This document shows positions 1 to 7,509 of a stretch of DNA of 19,014 nucleotides, one piece after another. Source of the DNA: a virus (taxonomy: Duplodnaviria > Heunggongvirae > Uroviricota > Caudoviricetes); IMG/VR virus record IMGVR_UViG_2645727905_000013, positions 1 to 19,014 of that record; one strand, 5' to 3'. A program made the position numbers and the translations under genes. The notes below the pieces were generated by a model. The model was not told where the DNA came from, searched no databases, and saw only the letters and a list, made by a program, of their open reading frames with translations. The first letter of the stretch is position 1. Each line of letters opens with the position of its first letter.

Positions 1-534
1 TCACTTTTCATCCGTCGTTGACACATGCGGGTCGTCGTAAGCCAGTGCCTGCTGCTGACCGAGTATTTTGTTGATTACCTCAATCACCGTTTCACCGTGA
101 TCAGGCTGGACATCCGGAATAACACCCGACGGCGCACCGTTGTTCACCACCTCAATGCCGAAAGGCGCAGCAAGCGCCTGCGCAATCTGTACCAGCGATC
201 GTCCGTTAAACTGTGTCGATTCGGCTGCACAGTCAATCAGGTCAGCGGTCAGACTGCGTCCGGCAATACCGGTGCTGACCGAACGGGCATCGTAACGAAC
301 GGGCGTCGCCTCCACCCAGCCGGTGATCACCAGCTCATCACCAATCAGAACTTCCACTTTTGAACCGTTTTTAATACGCGGCTGAAGCGTGGTGATACAC
401 TCATCTCCCGGCCACTGGCGGGTGATCTCCACACTGAAATCCCGTGCCAGCCGTTCAATACCGGCACCGATGCGCACCGATGTCCAGCCATTCCACTCCC
501 GGCCATTTACCCGTAGCGTGACGTTATCGTTCAT
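1..534 (-). CDS. Mu-type tail/baseplate protein (gpP-like position), short, possibly truncated
   Basis: 177-aa ORF whose ATG overlaps the stop of the upstream DNA-circulation gene (tcat at 531-534). It occupies the position that follows gpN in Mu-type tail clusters. Its stop codon is at window bases 1-3. Family assignment is by context only. Confidence 0.4.
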   Translation of the reverse strand: MNDNVTLRVNGREWNGWTSVRIGAGIERLARDFSVEITRQWPGDECITTLQPRIKNGSKVEVLIGDELVITGWVEATPVRYDARSVSTGIAGRSLTADLIDCAAESTQFNGRSLVQIAQALAAPFGIEVVNNGAPSGVIPDVQPDHGETVIEVINKILGQQQALAYDDPHVSTTDEK

Positions 535-1859
535 TGCACTGGCACCTTCAGAGGGATCACCGGCACAAAGCCGGGATGTGTAATGGCATTGCGCCGGATA
601 ATGTCCGCGTCATGCGCCGCGTTATCAAACCAGGTCGCCGCCAGCACCAGCGCGGGTAAAACCTCATCCGGCGTACGCTGAATGATCCGCGCAGACTGTT
701 CAAGGCGCGTGTTGATATCCGCATTCAGATCTGCTTTCACCCGGCGCAGCGCCAGAAACAGCACATCACTGGTTGTACGGGACAACTCCTTATCAATTGC
801 CGTATTCAGTGTGTCGCGAATGTCGGTCAGCTCTTCCCACGTTGGCAGGTCAACCGTGTTTTTCACCGCCGGTGCATTGTTCAGTGCCGGATGCGTGACG
901 GAAGGCCAGCCGGTGCTCTGCGCGGGTGTTGTTGACTGCCCCACTGCGGCATTCTGCATCACCGCGGAAGTTGTTGGCGCAGGCAATCGGGTAACGGCAT
1001 ACGCCGCTTCGCTGATTGCAGTCGTACGAAGGGTGCTGGCAACCACGTTACGCTGCTGCGTCGCTGTGGCGGTGGTTTTACTGTCCGTTTTCCAGACACC
1101 GCGCGGTTGCAGATCGCTGCCGAGGCTGACACCGGAAAGCGTTTTGATCATGGTGACCAGGTCGCTGGCGTTACCATAAAGGCGCTTCCCGGTACGCCAC
1201 ATTTTCTGCACCTGCTCAACGAAATTTTTGCCTGACGATGGCGGCGGCAGAAGTACCGAGATATCCCCCTGCAACAGCCTGGCGGCATCCGATACAGCAG
1301 AATCCACCACTTTCATCGCATCAGAAACATACCCCAGCATTATGCTGGCATTACCGATAACGTCGTTCTGCACAAAATCTGCCACGCCATCGATACTGAA
1401 ACCACTGAAACTGTCACTGATGCAGTCATCCAGTGCAGAACAGGATGACATCAGCGTCTGCGCCGTCGCCGCACCTGATGTGGGGTAAGAGAGTTCTCCC
1501 GCTTCGACAAACTTCAGGTCAAAGCGGACAATACGCCCTTCACTCTTCGATGTGCTGACCCGAACCTCCCCGTCAACACAGACTTTCAGCTCACCGTATG
1601 TCGGATGGACAAGCGTGCCGGGACCGGGTTTATTCAGCGCATCAATCAGGCGATCGCGCTGGTCAAAGCAGTCATCTCCCACCACATAAGCCGTGATGGA
1701 CGGGCGGAAAGTGACTTTTCCCAGATCTTCGGTATAGGGTTTGTCGCGGTTCGGGTATTCGTGCGTTTCCACACGACGACCGGTTCCCGCACTTTCTTCT
1801 TCAACCTTAAACGGCACACCGCGAAATGACGCGTCCTGAAGTCTGTCTTTCCACGTCAT
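531..1859 (-). CDS. Phage DNA circulation protein (Mu gp43/N-like)
   Basis: N-terminal MTWKDRLQDASFRGVPFKVEEES... matches the recalled signature of the Mu N / DNA-circulation N-terminal domain. Start placed at the internal ATG (1857-1859), which has a GGAG 7 nt upstream; the ORF-track start at 1901 has no SD and would include the upstream hairpin. Confidence 0.7.
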   Translation of the reverse strand: MTWKDRLQDASFRGVPFKVEEESAGTGRRVETHEYPNRDKPYTEDLGKVTFRPSITAYVVGDDCFDQRDRLIDALNKPGPGTLVHPTYGELKVCVDGEVRVSTSKSEGRIVRFDLKFVEAGELSYPTSGAATAQTLMSSCSALDDCISDSFSGFSIDGVADFVQNDVIGNASIMLGYVSDAMKVVDSAVSDAARLLQGDISVLLPPPSSGKNFVEQVQKMWRTGKRLYGNASDLVTMIKTLSGVSLGSDLQPRGVWKTDSKTTATATQQRNVVASTLRTTAISEAAYAVTRLPAPTTSAVMQNAAVGQSTTPAQSTGWPSVTHPALNNAPAVKNTVDLPTWEELTDIRDTLNTAIDKELSRTTSDVLFLALRRVKADLNADINTRLEQSARIIQRTPDEVLPALVLAATWFDNAAHDADIIRRNAITHPGFVPVIPLKVPVQ

Positions 1860-1874
1860 ATAAACTCCGTACAT

Positions 1875-1896
1875 AAAAAATCCCACCGGAGTGGGA
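1875..1896 (-). terminator. Possible weak intrinsic terminator/attenuator between tape-measure and DNA-circulation genes
   Basis: On the minus strand: 6-bp stem tcccac/gtggga with a 4-nt loop, followed immediately by a T6 run. Confidence 0.3.
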
Positions 1897-1919
1897 CTCA
1901 TTAACAGATTAATTTTTCA

Positions 1920-2717
1920 TTACCTGCCAAAGCGCGTATAGCCAACATCATGGCTGACATCAAAACCGCTGGATCGCGTTTCCATAACCCGCATACCCGG
2001 AGGCGAATTCACAAAAGAGACCTTGATCTCACCATCAACTTTTGGCGCAGAAGCTTTGTTAATCATGAAGGGGGTCGGGCCTGTGACATCGGAGGCGTTG
2101 TTTGACTGAGCCGGATCTACCGCCGGATAAGGTGTGTATCCCCGCGCCGGTATTCCCGTCCCATAAGCATCATAAGCACCCGCGCCCCACTGCGCAGAGT
2201 TAATGGCATCGACCGTGTCACCGGAACTGTCGGTAAACCACTCAATAATTGGCTTCAGCTTGTCCCACATATCCTGAAACCACTTAACAACCGGCCCCCA
2301 GTTATTGATCACCATCCCCAGCGGCGACCAGGCAAAAACTTTCTTAAGGAGTTCCCAGCCGGCCTCAAAATAAGGACCAATGGTTTCCCAGAGTTTCTTA
2401 AAATAAGGTCCGACAACATCCCAGTTAGTGATAATTAATCCCGCAGCCAGGGCTATCGCCGTCGCAATCATGCCAATCGGCGTCATCGACATGATCCTGC
2501 TGACAATACTGATGGCACCGCCAACGCCCATCAATCCCAGTTTCAGAATCGCAAGACCGGCAGCAAGCCCGACGACGCCGCGAATAACCCGGGGATTTTC
2601 ATCCGCAAACTTCGTGAATTTCTCCCCCAACTCCCCCAGCCATTGCGTGATATTTTTAGCGTCACCAGAAAATGCGCCGCCAATAGCTGCAAGACCGTTA
2701 GTTGCGGTCCCCGTCAT
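1920..2717 (-). CDS. Tail tape measure protein, C-terminal segment (downstream of in-frame TAG)
   Basis: 265-aa ORF with a long Gly/Ala-rich hydrophobic stretch typical of tape-measure C-terminal regions. It is in the same frame as ORF 2724..3623, separated only by TAG (2724-2726) plus two codons. Confidence 0.55.
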   Translation of the reverse strand: MTGTATNGLAAIGGAFSGDAKNITQWLGELGEKFTKFADENPRVIRGVVGLAAGLAILKLGLMGVGGAISIVSRIMSMTPIGMIATAIALAAGLIITNWDVVGPYFKKLWETIGPYFEAGWELLKKVFAWSPLGMVINNWGPVVKWFQDMWDKLKPIIEWFTDSSGDTVDAINSAQWGAGAYDAYGTGIPARGYTPYPAVDPAQSNNASDVTGPTPFMINKASAPKVDGEIKVSFVNSPPGMRVMETRSSGFDVSHDVGYTRFGR

Positions 2718-2723
2718 TGCCTC

Positions 2724-3623
2724 CTACAGGTTGGACAGCGTACCAAGCTGTGCCTGAACACGTTTATTCAGGCTGGCCTGTTTATTCATCTTCTGCTGGA
2801 TCTGATCGTAACCATCCTTCCCTTTATCGATCAGAGCATTGACCACCTGAAGGGTTTCGGCATCATCACCAAATATTGCCTTAAGTACACCTGTTCGCTT
2901 AACGTCGGTCAGTTTTCGCAGCTTTGCCAGTTGCCTGAACATGTTATCAAGACCGCCAAAACTCCCTTTGCCGTCAGTAAAATCGAGCTGCACTCCGAGT
3001 TTCTGGCGGGCCATAACTTTATTAACGTCCCTGATTTTCTTAACGCTTAATCCGGACTGGATAACTTTTCGCAGGGCATTACCTGCCGACTCCCCGTTCA
3101 TCCCCATCTGATCCATCATGACGCTGATGGGGGCAAGGCTCTGTGCAGCCTGAAGACCATCCTTGTTCACCATCTTCAGAACAGAACTGGTTTTAGTGAA
3201 GAAGGACAACATGTTGGTATCGTCAACGCCCAGATAAAACGCCTTCTGGATAGTGTCGAACAGCCCCATCATGTCTTCTGACGCCGTTCCGGTAGCATCC
3301 TGCATCTTTGCAGCAAACTCAGCAGCCGCTTCCGGTGTTTTTTTCAGTTGTACCGCAAGATAGGCTGTCGCTTTACCCACACCACCCAGAATGTTTTCTG
3401 CCGGGATCCCCTGACGCACCAGCATCTGCATCATGTTCTGGAAATCAGCCGTTGTACCGGGTAGCTGGTTACCCAGGCCAATAGCCAGTTTATTGATGTC
3501 CTGAAAGCGCTTTCCGACCTCACCGTTCGCATCCATCATGGCAACTTTCAGCCCGGTATCCATTTCCGCATAAAACAACGGAACCAGCGTATTCGACGGA
3601 ATGGTGTTAAAGCTTATCGTCAT
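2724..3623 (-). CDS. Tail tape measure protein, N-terminal segment (ends at in-frame amber codon)
   Basis: 299-aa alpha-helical, Gln/Lys/Ala-rich ORF located upstream of the DNA-circulation gene as in Mu-type tails. Minus-strand read across the junction is ctg tag gag gca atg. Confidence 0.55.
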   Translation of the reverse strand: MTISFNTIPSNTLVPLFYAEMDTGLKVAMMDANGEVGKRFQDINKLAIGLGNQLPGTTADFQNMMQMLVRQGIPAENILGGVGKATAYLAVQLKKTPEAAAEFAAKMQDATGTASEDMMGLFDTIQKAFYLGVDDTNMLSFFTKTSSVLKMVNKDGLQAAQSLAPISVMMDQMGMNGESAGNALRKVIQSGLSVKKIRDVNKVMARQKLGVQLDFTDGKGSFGGLDNMFRQLAKLRKLTDVKRTGVLKAIFGDDAETLQVVNALIDKGKDGYDQIQQKMNKQASLNKRVQAQLGTLSNL

Positions 3624-3785
3624 CGGTATTCACCTTTTTATTCACGCGCCGGATATCACCCGCTGCTTCACGGCGCAGCCAGTAGTTGTTCTCGTCAACA
3701 TTTCGCCCTTCGGCGGGCAAAAGGTCGCCGCGGGCAGGGTCAGGAACTGACCGCCCTTTAACAGGTTTGACAAACATGAGGATCC

Positions 3786-4139
3786 TCAGGAAGGAAGGGT
3801 TATTTCGGTGTGATGTTCGATATCGCCGTCAGGCCCGTTACCGGGCTCGAGATAATCAACATCAATCGCCAGCGTTTGCAGTTCATCCAGACTGTTCAGA
3901 TCATCCTGCTGGCGGGTATCGTCTTCGGTCAGCTCGCTGATGATCGAAAAATCGAACTGATAAATCAGCTCATGACGATTCAGATCCAGCAGCGTGCCGC
4001 CGTCATAGGTAATCGGGTTACCGCACGCTTCCGGGTTCCAGCCCAGCAGAGCCTTAAAGAGCATCTGCCGGATATCCGTTCCTTCTGACCATGCCACCAT
4101 ATCCAGGAAAGCTTTACGCTGGGAATTTAGTATCTGCAT
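3786..4139 (-). CDS. Endolysin remnant: lambda R-type N-terminus (about 22 aa) fused to unrelated acidic sequence
   Basis: MQILNSQRKAFLDMVAWSEGTD closely matches the recalled lambda R N-terminus MVEINNQRKAFLDMLAWSEGTD; the remainder does not resemble R. The gene sits immediately downstream of the holin, as R does. Confidence 0.4.
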   Translation of the reverse strand: MQILNSQRKAFLDMVAWSEGTDIRQMLFKALLGWNPEACGNPITYDGGTLLDLNRHELIYQFDFSIISELTEDDTRQQDDLNSLDELQTLAIDVDYLEPGNGPDGDIEHHTEITLPS

Positions 4140-4142
4140 AAA

Positions 4143-4469
4143 TTACTCCTTAGAGCCACCAAACTTGTTACCGATCACTCTCATTGCAGCCCCACGAATT
4201 GCATCGACACCAATCAGCCCAACACCGCCACCAATGGCAACAGAAAGAGATTTAGGCCATCCGACATACTCAAGAGCGGATGCAAAAGTCAGCGTCAGAG
4301 CACCACAGAGCAAAATCTCGAGCGTTTTTCGCTTCCACCCACCACCACCGCCAAAATAGGCAATGCGCAATCCAGCCATAACAATCGACATAATCACTGC
4401 GCCAAGAGGCGTATCTCCACGCCACCAGCTCTGGAACAACTCCAGCCAGGTATTTGGGTTATGAGGCAT
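4143..4469 (-). CDS. Holin, lambda S family (class I)
   Basis: 108 aa with hydrophobic helices and a charged C-terminus. Segment LRIAYFGGGGGWKRKTLEILLCGALTL parallels lambda S [24 protein letters not shown]. It lies directly upstream of the R-like ORF. Confidence 0.65.
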   Translation of the reverse strand: MPHNPNTWLELFQSWWRGDTPLGAVIMSIVMAGLRIAYFGGGGGWKRKTLEILLCGALTLTFASALEYVGWPKSLSVAIGGGVGLIGVDAIRGAAMRVIGNKFGGSKE

Positions 4470-4622
4470 TTGTAGTTATCTCTCACCTCGCCGATACAGG
4501 AGGTGTAAATTGAGGGAGTACCACGAACCGCAAATCAGAAGCGGAAACGTAAAAGAAGTCGAGCCAATGGATAAGTACTAGATAGACCAAGCCCAACGAA
4601 TACCAAGGCCCAGAAAAGACAA

Positions 4623-4645
4623 AACCCGCTCAATGGCGGGTTTAA
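4623..4645 (-). terminator. Intrinsic terminator hairpin upstream of holin (tR'-like candidate)
   Basis: Perfect 8-bp inverted repeat aaacccgc/gcgggttt with a 6-nt loop; on the minus strand it is followed by a T-rich tract (tgtcttttct). Confidence 0.4.
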
Positions 4646-4725
4646 GCTGTGTGGCGAAGTAACCACTCTTAACAGATTACAAGAATTTTTGCGGACCGCG
4701 TTAATGATTTTTAATCCCAAAGTCG

Positions 4726-4754
4726 TATTATTCGTTTTTTACTGTAGGAGTTAA
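4726..4754 (-). promoter_or_regulatory. Candidate sigma70 late promoter (pR'-like) reading toward the lysis genes
   Basis: Minus strand: TTAACT (-35), 17-nt spacer, ATAATA (-10). Located about 75-95 nt upstream of the hairpin terminator and about 250 nt upstream of the holin. Confidence 0.3.
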
Positions 4755-4759
4755 CAGGT
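4740..4759. promoter_or_regulatory. LexA (SOS) box-like motif TACTGT-N8-ACAG
   Basis: Sequence tACTGTaggagttaACAGgt has the conserved CTGT and ACAG arms at canonical 8-nt spacing, with an imperfect central region. It sits 10 nt upstream of the KAP NTPase ATG and overlaps the opposite-strand promoter candidate. Confidence 0.3.
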
Positions 4760-4766
4760 TTATATT

Positions 4767-5609
4767 ATGTTAGATACACTATCGTTCACTGAACGTGACG
4801 AGTTCCAACGAAGAAACATCGCTGAAAATATCATCAAGTTGCTAAAACCAGAGGCAGACATTTCACCACTGGTAATAGATGGCGCATGGGGAACAGGGAA
4901 ATCAGAATTTAGTATCAAACTGAAAAATCTCATTATTGAGCAAGAACCCGAATCTAAAGTTGTTTATATTGATGCCTTTAAAGGGGATCATGCAGAATCT
5001 CCATTACTTCTCATAACCTCTGCAATTGCCAGCATTTTGCCTGAGGAAGAAAAACAACACTTCATTAAGAGGTCTCTTCCTGCAATTCGATTTGGTTTAA
5101 AAACTGTACTAAAAGCTGGTGCAGGTTGGTTTTTACGACAGGAGGCTAGTGAAGTTGCCGAAGAATTCCAAGATGCGATGAAGAAAGCAAGCAATGCAGC
5201 AATAGATGGGACTATTGAAAGTTTGCTTGAAGACCATATGGAATCAGAGAAAAACATAAATTCACTTAAATCTTGCATCGAAAGTATTTCAGAAAATCAA
5301 AAGATAGTAATTATAATTGATGAATTAGATCGATGTAAGCCGAGTTTTTCAACAAATGTCATTGAAACAATAAAACACATTTTTGACATCAATAATGTCT
5401 TTTTTATTTTAGTTACAAACACAGAACAATTAAGAGCATCGATAAATCATATTTATGGTTATAGTATTAACTCACAAAAGTATCTTGACAAGTTTATAAA
5501 ATATACCATCACGCTTCCAGATACATGTTTGATAAATGGTCACGACGTATGTAAAGCCTCTGTTATATATTGGAATTACCTTGTAGAAAAAAACAAGATC
5601 ATTAAATGA
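4767..5609 (+). CDS. KAP-family P-loop NTPase, N-terminal part (Walker A and B present); gene appears frameshifted
   Basis: Walker A VIDGAWGTGKSEF (GxWGxGKS type) and Walker B IVIIIDELDRC (DELDRC) are the KAP NTPase signatures. AT-rich composition. Encoded on the opposite strand between Q and the lysis genes. Confidence 0.7.
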   Translation: MLDTLSFTERDEFQRRNIAENIIKLLKPEADISPLVIDGAWGTGKSEFSIKLKNLIIEQEPESKVVYIDAFKGDHAESPLLLITSAIASILPEEEKQHFIKRSLPAIRFGLKTVLKAGAGWFLRQEASEVAEEFQDAMKKASNAAIDGTIESLLEDHMESEKNINSLKSCIESISENQKIVIIIDELDRCKPSFSTNVIETIKHIFDINNVFFILVTNTEQLRASINHIYGYSINSQKYLDKFIKYTITLPDTCLINGHDVCKASVIYWNYLVEKNKIIK

Positions 5610-5757
5610 AATCAATAGCTTATCAGGTTATTTTATCCGTGATTTAATTCAACGAACCAACTTATCATTACGTGAAACACAAACATTTTCACGCAATCTT
5701 AACATTTTTCAACTGTTAAACGACAATGAAGACAACAGTAGTGATCGTTTTATAAAT

Positions 5758-6099
5758 ATGATCTTTGTCGTAGCTGTCTTCATACATTGCTTTGGTGACA
5801 AGGAAAAACTAAAACACGAAATTACCGCTGAATCTATATCTTATTTAGCAGACCTGCTTAAAATAAAAGAGATACCTTATTCTTATGAGATGAGTTCGAA
5901 AATCCCTAAAATATCAATTGTATTCTTTGGAATAATTAAAGACAGTATTACTCTTAATGAGCGATTTGCTCCTAAAAGTGATGAAGAACTAAAAAGATTC
6001 ACCAAAGTTTATACTGATTATGACCACCTAAATTTTTGGAGTACTACACCCAGAGAGTTATTGATAAAATATATCAATCAAATGTCATTCATTCAGTAA
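5758..6099 (+). CDS. Probable C-terminal continuation of the KAP NTPase gene in the +1 frame
   Basis: This frame is open from 5587 (just after a TAG at 5584-5586) through 6099, overlapping the end of the upstream ORF. Deleting one A from the A7 run (5587-5593) fuses the two ORFs into about 443 aa. The first ATG is only at 5758. Confidence 0.4.
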   Translation: MIFVVAVFIHCFGDKEKLKHEITAESISYLADLLKIKEIPYSYEMSSKIPKISIVFFGIIKDSITLNERFAPKSDEELKRFTKVYTDYDHLNFWSTTPRELLIKYINQMSFIQ

Positions 6100-6101
6100 A
6101 T

Positions 6102-6126
6102 AATACGCCCCTGCATGGGGCGTATT
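6102..6126. terminator. Bidirectional intrinsic terminator between convergent KAP moron and Q gene
   Basis: Perfect 10-bp stem aatacgcccc/ggggcgtatt with a 5-nt loop, flanked by T-rich tracts on both strands (tttattaaa on plus; ttattta on minus). Confidence 0.55.
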
Positions 6127-6129
6127 TTA

Positions 6130-6495
6130 TTAAACGTCCAAATCTAATGTTAGATCTAGCATGGAAAGGCAGCCATCAATAAATCCTTCGGCTAACTGTA
6201 TTTCTATACGTATCAATTTCTCATCCTTTCCACGCGCCTTTGCAATCTTACGCTTGGATATTCTGTATAAATAATGTGCCACAAGAAGCGAATGCTCATA
6301 AGGTCTTTTTTGCTTTAGACGAGCAAGACAACCTTCAATAATTAATGCATCACTATCCGAACAAGCCAAGCGTTTCTTGCTGGTATAGGGAAGAAGTCCC
6401 TTAAACCCAGCAGCTATAGGTGAATAATCAACACCAGAGTTATCACTCGCAGCCCATGCTCCCCAACGTTCAAGTATCATCTGAATATCACGCAT
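6130..6495 (-). CDS. Late-gene antitermination protein Q (QuuD / phage 82 Q-like family)
   Basis: MRDIQMILERWGAWAA...IAAGFKGL closely matches the recalled N-terminus of E. coli DLP12 QuuD. Start placed at the ATG at 6493-6495, which has an AGAAAGG SD; the ORF-track start codon at 6508-6510 is TTG. Confidence 0.75.
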   Translation of the reverse strand: MRDIQMILERWGAWAASDNSGVDYSPIAAGFKGLLPYTSKKRLACSDSDALIIEGCLARLKQKRPYEHSLLVAHYLYRISKRKIAKARGKDEKLIRIEIQLAEGFIDGCLSMLDLTLDLDV

Positions 6496-6512
6496 CACCT
6501 TTCTCCACAAAA

Positions 6513-7508
6513 TCAGGCCAGTACGCCAATTGCCAGCGCACGATCGATAAAACGAAATATCAGCTCCAGCTGAGAGCCATACTTCTCTTCAAATGCCACG
6601 GTATCCGCATGCAGCTCGTCGTGATGCTTTCTGCACAAAGGCAACACAAAGAGGTCATGCGCTTTTGTACCCATTCCACCCTGACCGTGGCCTATCAGAT
6701 GGTGGGGATCATCAGCAGGCTTTCCACAACATGCACACGGCTGTGTCTTAACCCAGCGCGTGTACTTTTCATTAACCCAGCGGCGGCTTTTTGGGCGTAA
6801 CATAAAAGACTCCGGCGACTCCGGATCCACTTTCAGCGCCAGCACCTTTTTCGCTTTATCCAGGATGATGCTGGTGGCAGGAACCGAAGGCACAAGGTCA
6901 CTTTCCCGGGTGACAGACGGCACAACAGGTTTCGGTAATCTCAGCGCCTTACGGGCTACGCTTTCAGGTAAGGCATCCGCCAGGTCATTACGAATCAGCC
7001 ACCAGCACAGTTCCGGCATTGTCACGGCATGGTTATCATCAAAATCGAGATCCCGACGGACTACAGACAACACCCAACGGGCACAGTTATCCGTTGCCAT
7101 TGATTCCAGCCGCTCCGTGAACTGATCACGTAACTGATTATCGCAGTGCCAGCACAGACGGATTGCGCCCGGCGCGTGTCGCATTGTGGTCATGTTCTCG
7201 CTGTGCCAGTCGGAATGAGGCCACTGGCAGCCTTTTTCACGAAGTAACCAGCTTTCAAGACATTCCACCCCACCAGCACGACGAATCACTGCCTCATTAC
7301 GGAACACGGCCCGAACGGCAGGATCATCCGCCAGCGGTTGTGATGCCGCCGGAACGGCACCACTGGCGAAAGATGAATAACGTTCCGGCTCAGGCTCCAG
7401 CAGGACACGCCCCTGCATAAACAGGGGCATCAGCTCTGAACCTGGCCTGAACAATACGATCCCCATACGCGGGGCAATTTCAGGGGTCAGTAGCGCTCTC
7501 ACGGTCAC
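6513..7508 (-). CDS. DUF968-like phage protein with C-terminal HNH/zinc-finger-like motif (YdfU-like)
   Basis: C-terminus CACCGKPADDPHHLIGHGQGG...CRKHHDELH has an HNH-type Cys/His pattern. It sits immediately upstream of Q, as ydfU does relative to quuQ in the Qin prophage (recalled). Confidence 0.5.
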   Translation of the reverse strand: MTVRALLTPEIAPRMGIVLFRPGSELMPLFMQGRVLLEPEPERYSSFASGAVPAASQPLADDPAVRAVFRNEAVIRRAGGVECLESWLLREKGCQWPHSDWHSENMTTMRHAPGAIRLCWHCDNQLRDQFTERLESMATDNCARWVLSVVRRDLDFDDNHAVTMPELCWWLIRNDLADALPESVARKALRLPKPVVPSVTRESDLVPSVPATSIILDKAKKVLALKVDPESPESFMLRPKSRRWVNEKYTRWVKTQPCACCGKPADDPHHLIGHGQGGMGTKAHDLFVLPLCRKHHDELHADTVAFEEKYGSQLELIFRFIDRALAIGVLA

Positions 7509-7509
7509 C

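Noticed and set aside
25-1829. Plus-strand ORFs (25..363, 389..583, 682..1179, 1228..1488, 1605..1829) opposite the tail genes
   Set aside because: Embedded antisense within long GC-rich minus-strand genes that have coherent phage homology; Ser/Arg/Ala-rich translations typical of spurious GC-rich antisense frames; no SD support.
2428-3050. Plus-strand ORFs 2428..2757 and 2643..3050 across the tape measure region
   Set aside because: Antisense to the tape measure ORFs and composition-driven; no independent start signals.
3777-3788. 12-bp perfect palindrome containing a BamHI site (tgaggatcctca), considered as evidence of an engineered cloning junction
   Set aside because: A single 6-bp restriction site in a short palindrome is expected by chance and there are no vector-like flanks; retained only as a marker of the putative deletion junction.
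3686-4359. Plus-strand ORFs 3686..3940, 3810..4088 and 4165..4359 opposite the lysis genes
   Set aside because: Antisense to the R-like and holin genes; Arg- and Pro-rich junk-like translations.
4535-4720. 61-aa minus-strand ORF
   Set aside because: Lies across the hairpin terminator and promoter candidate in a non-coding control region; hydrophobic low-complexity translation.
4988-5278. 96-aa minus-strand ORF inside the KAP NTPase gene
   Set aside because: Antisense to a gene with clear Walker A/B motifs.
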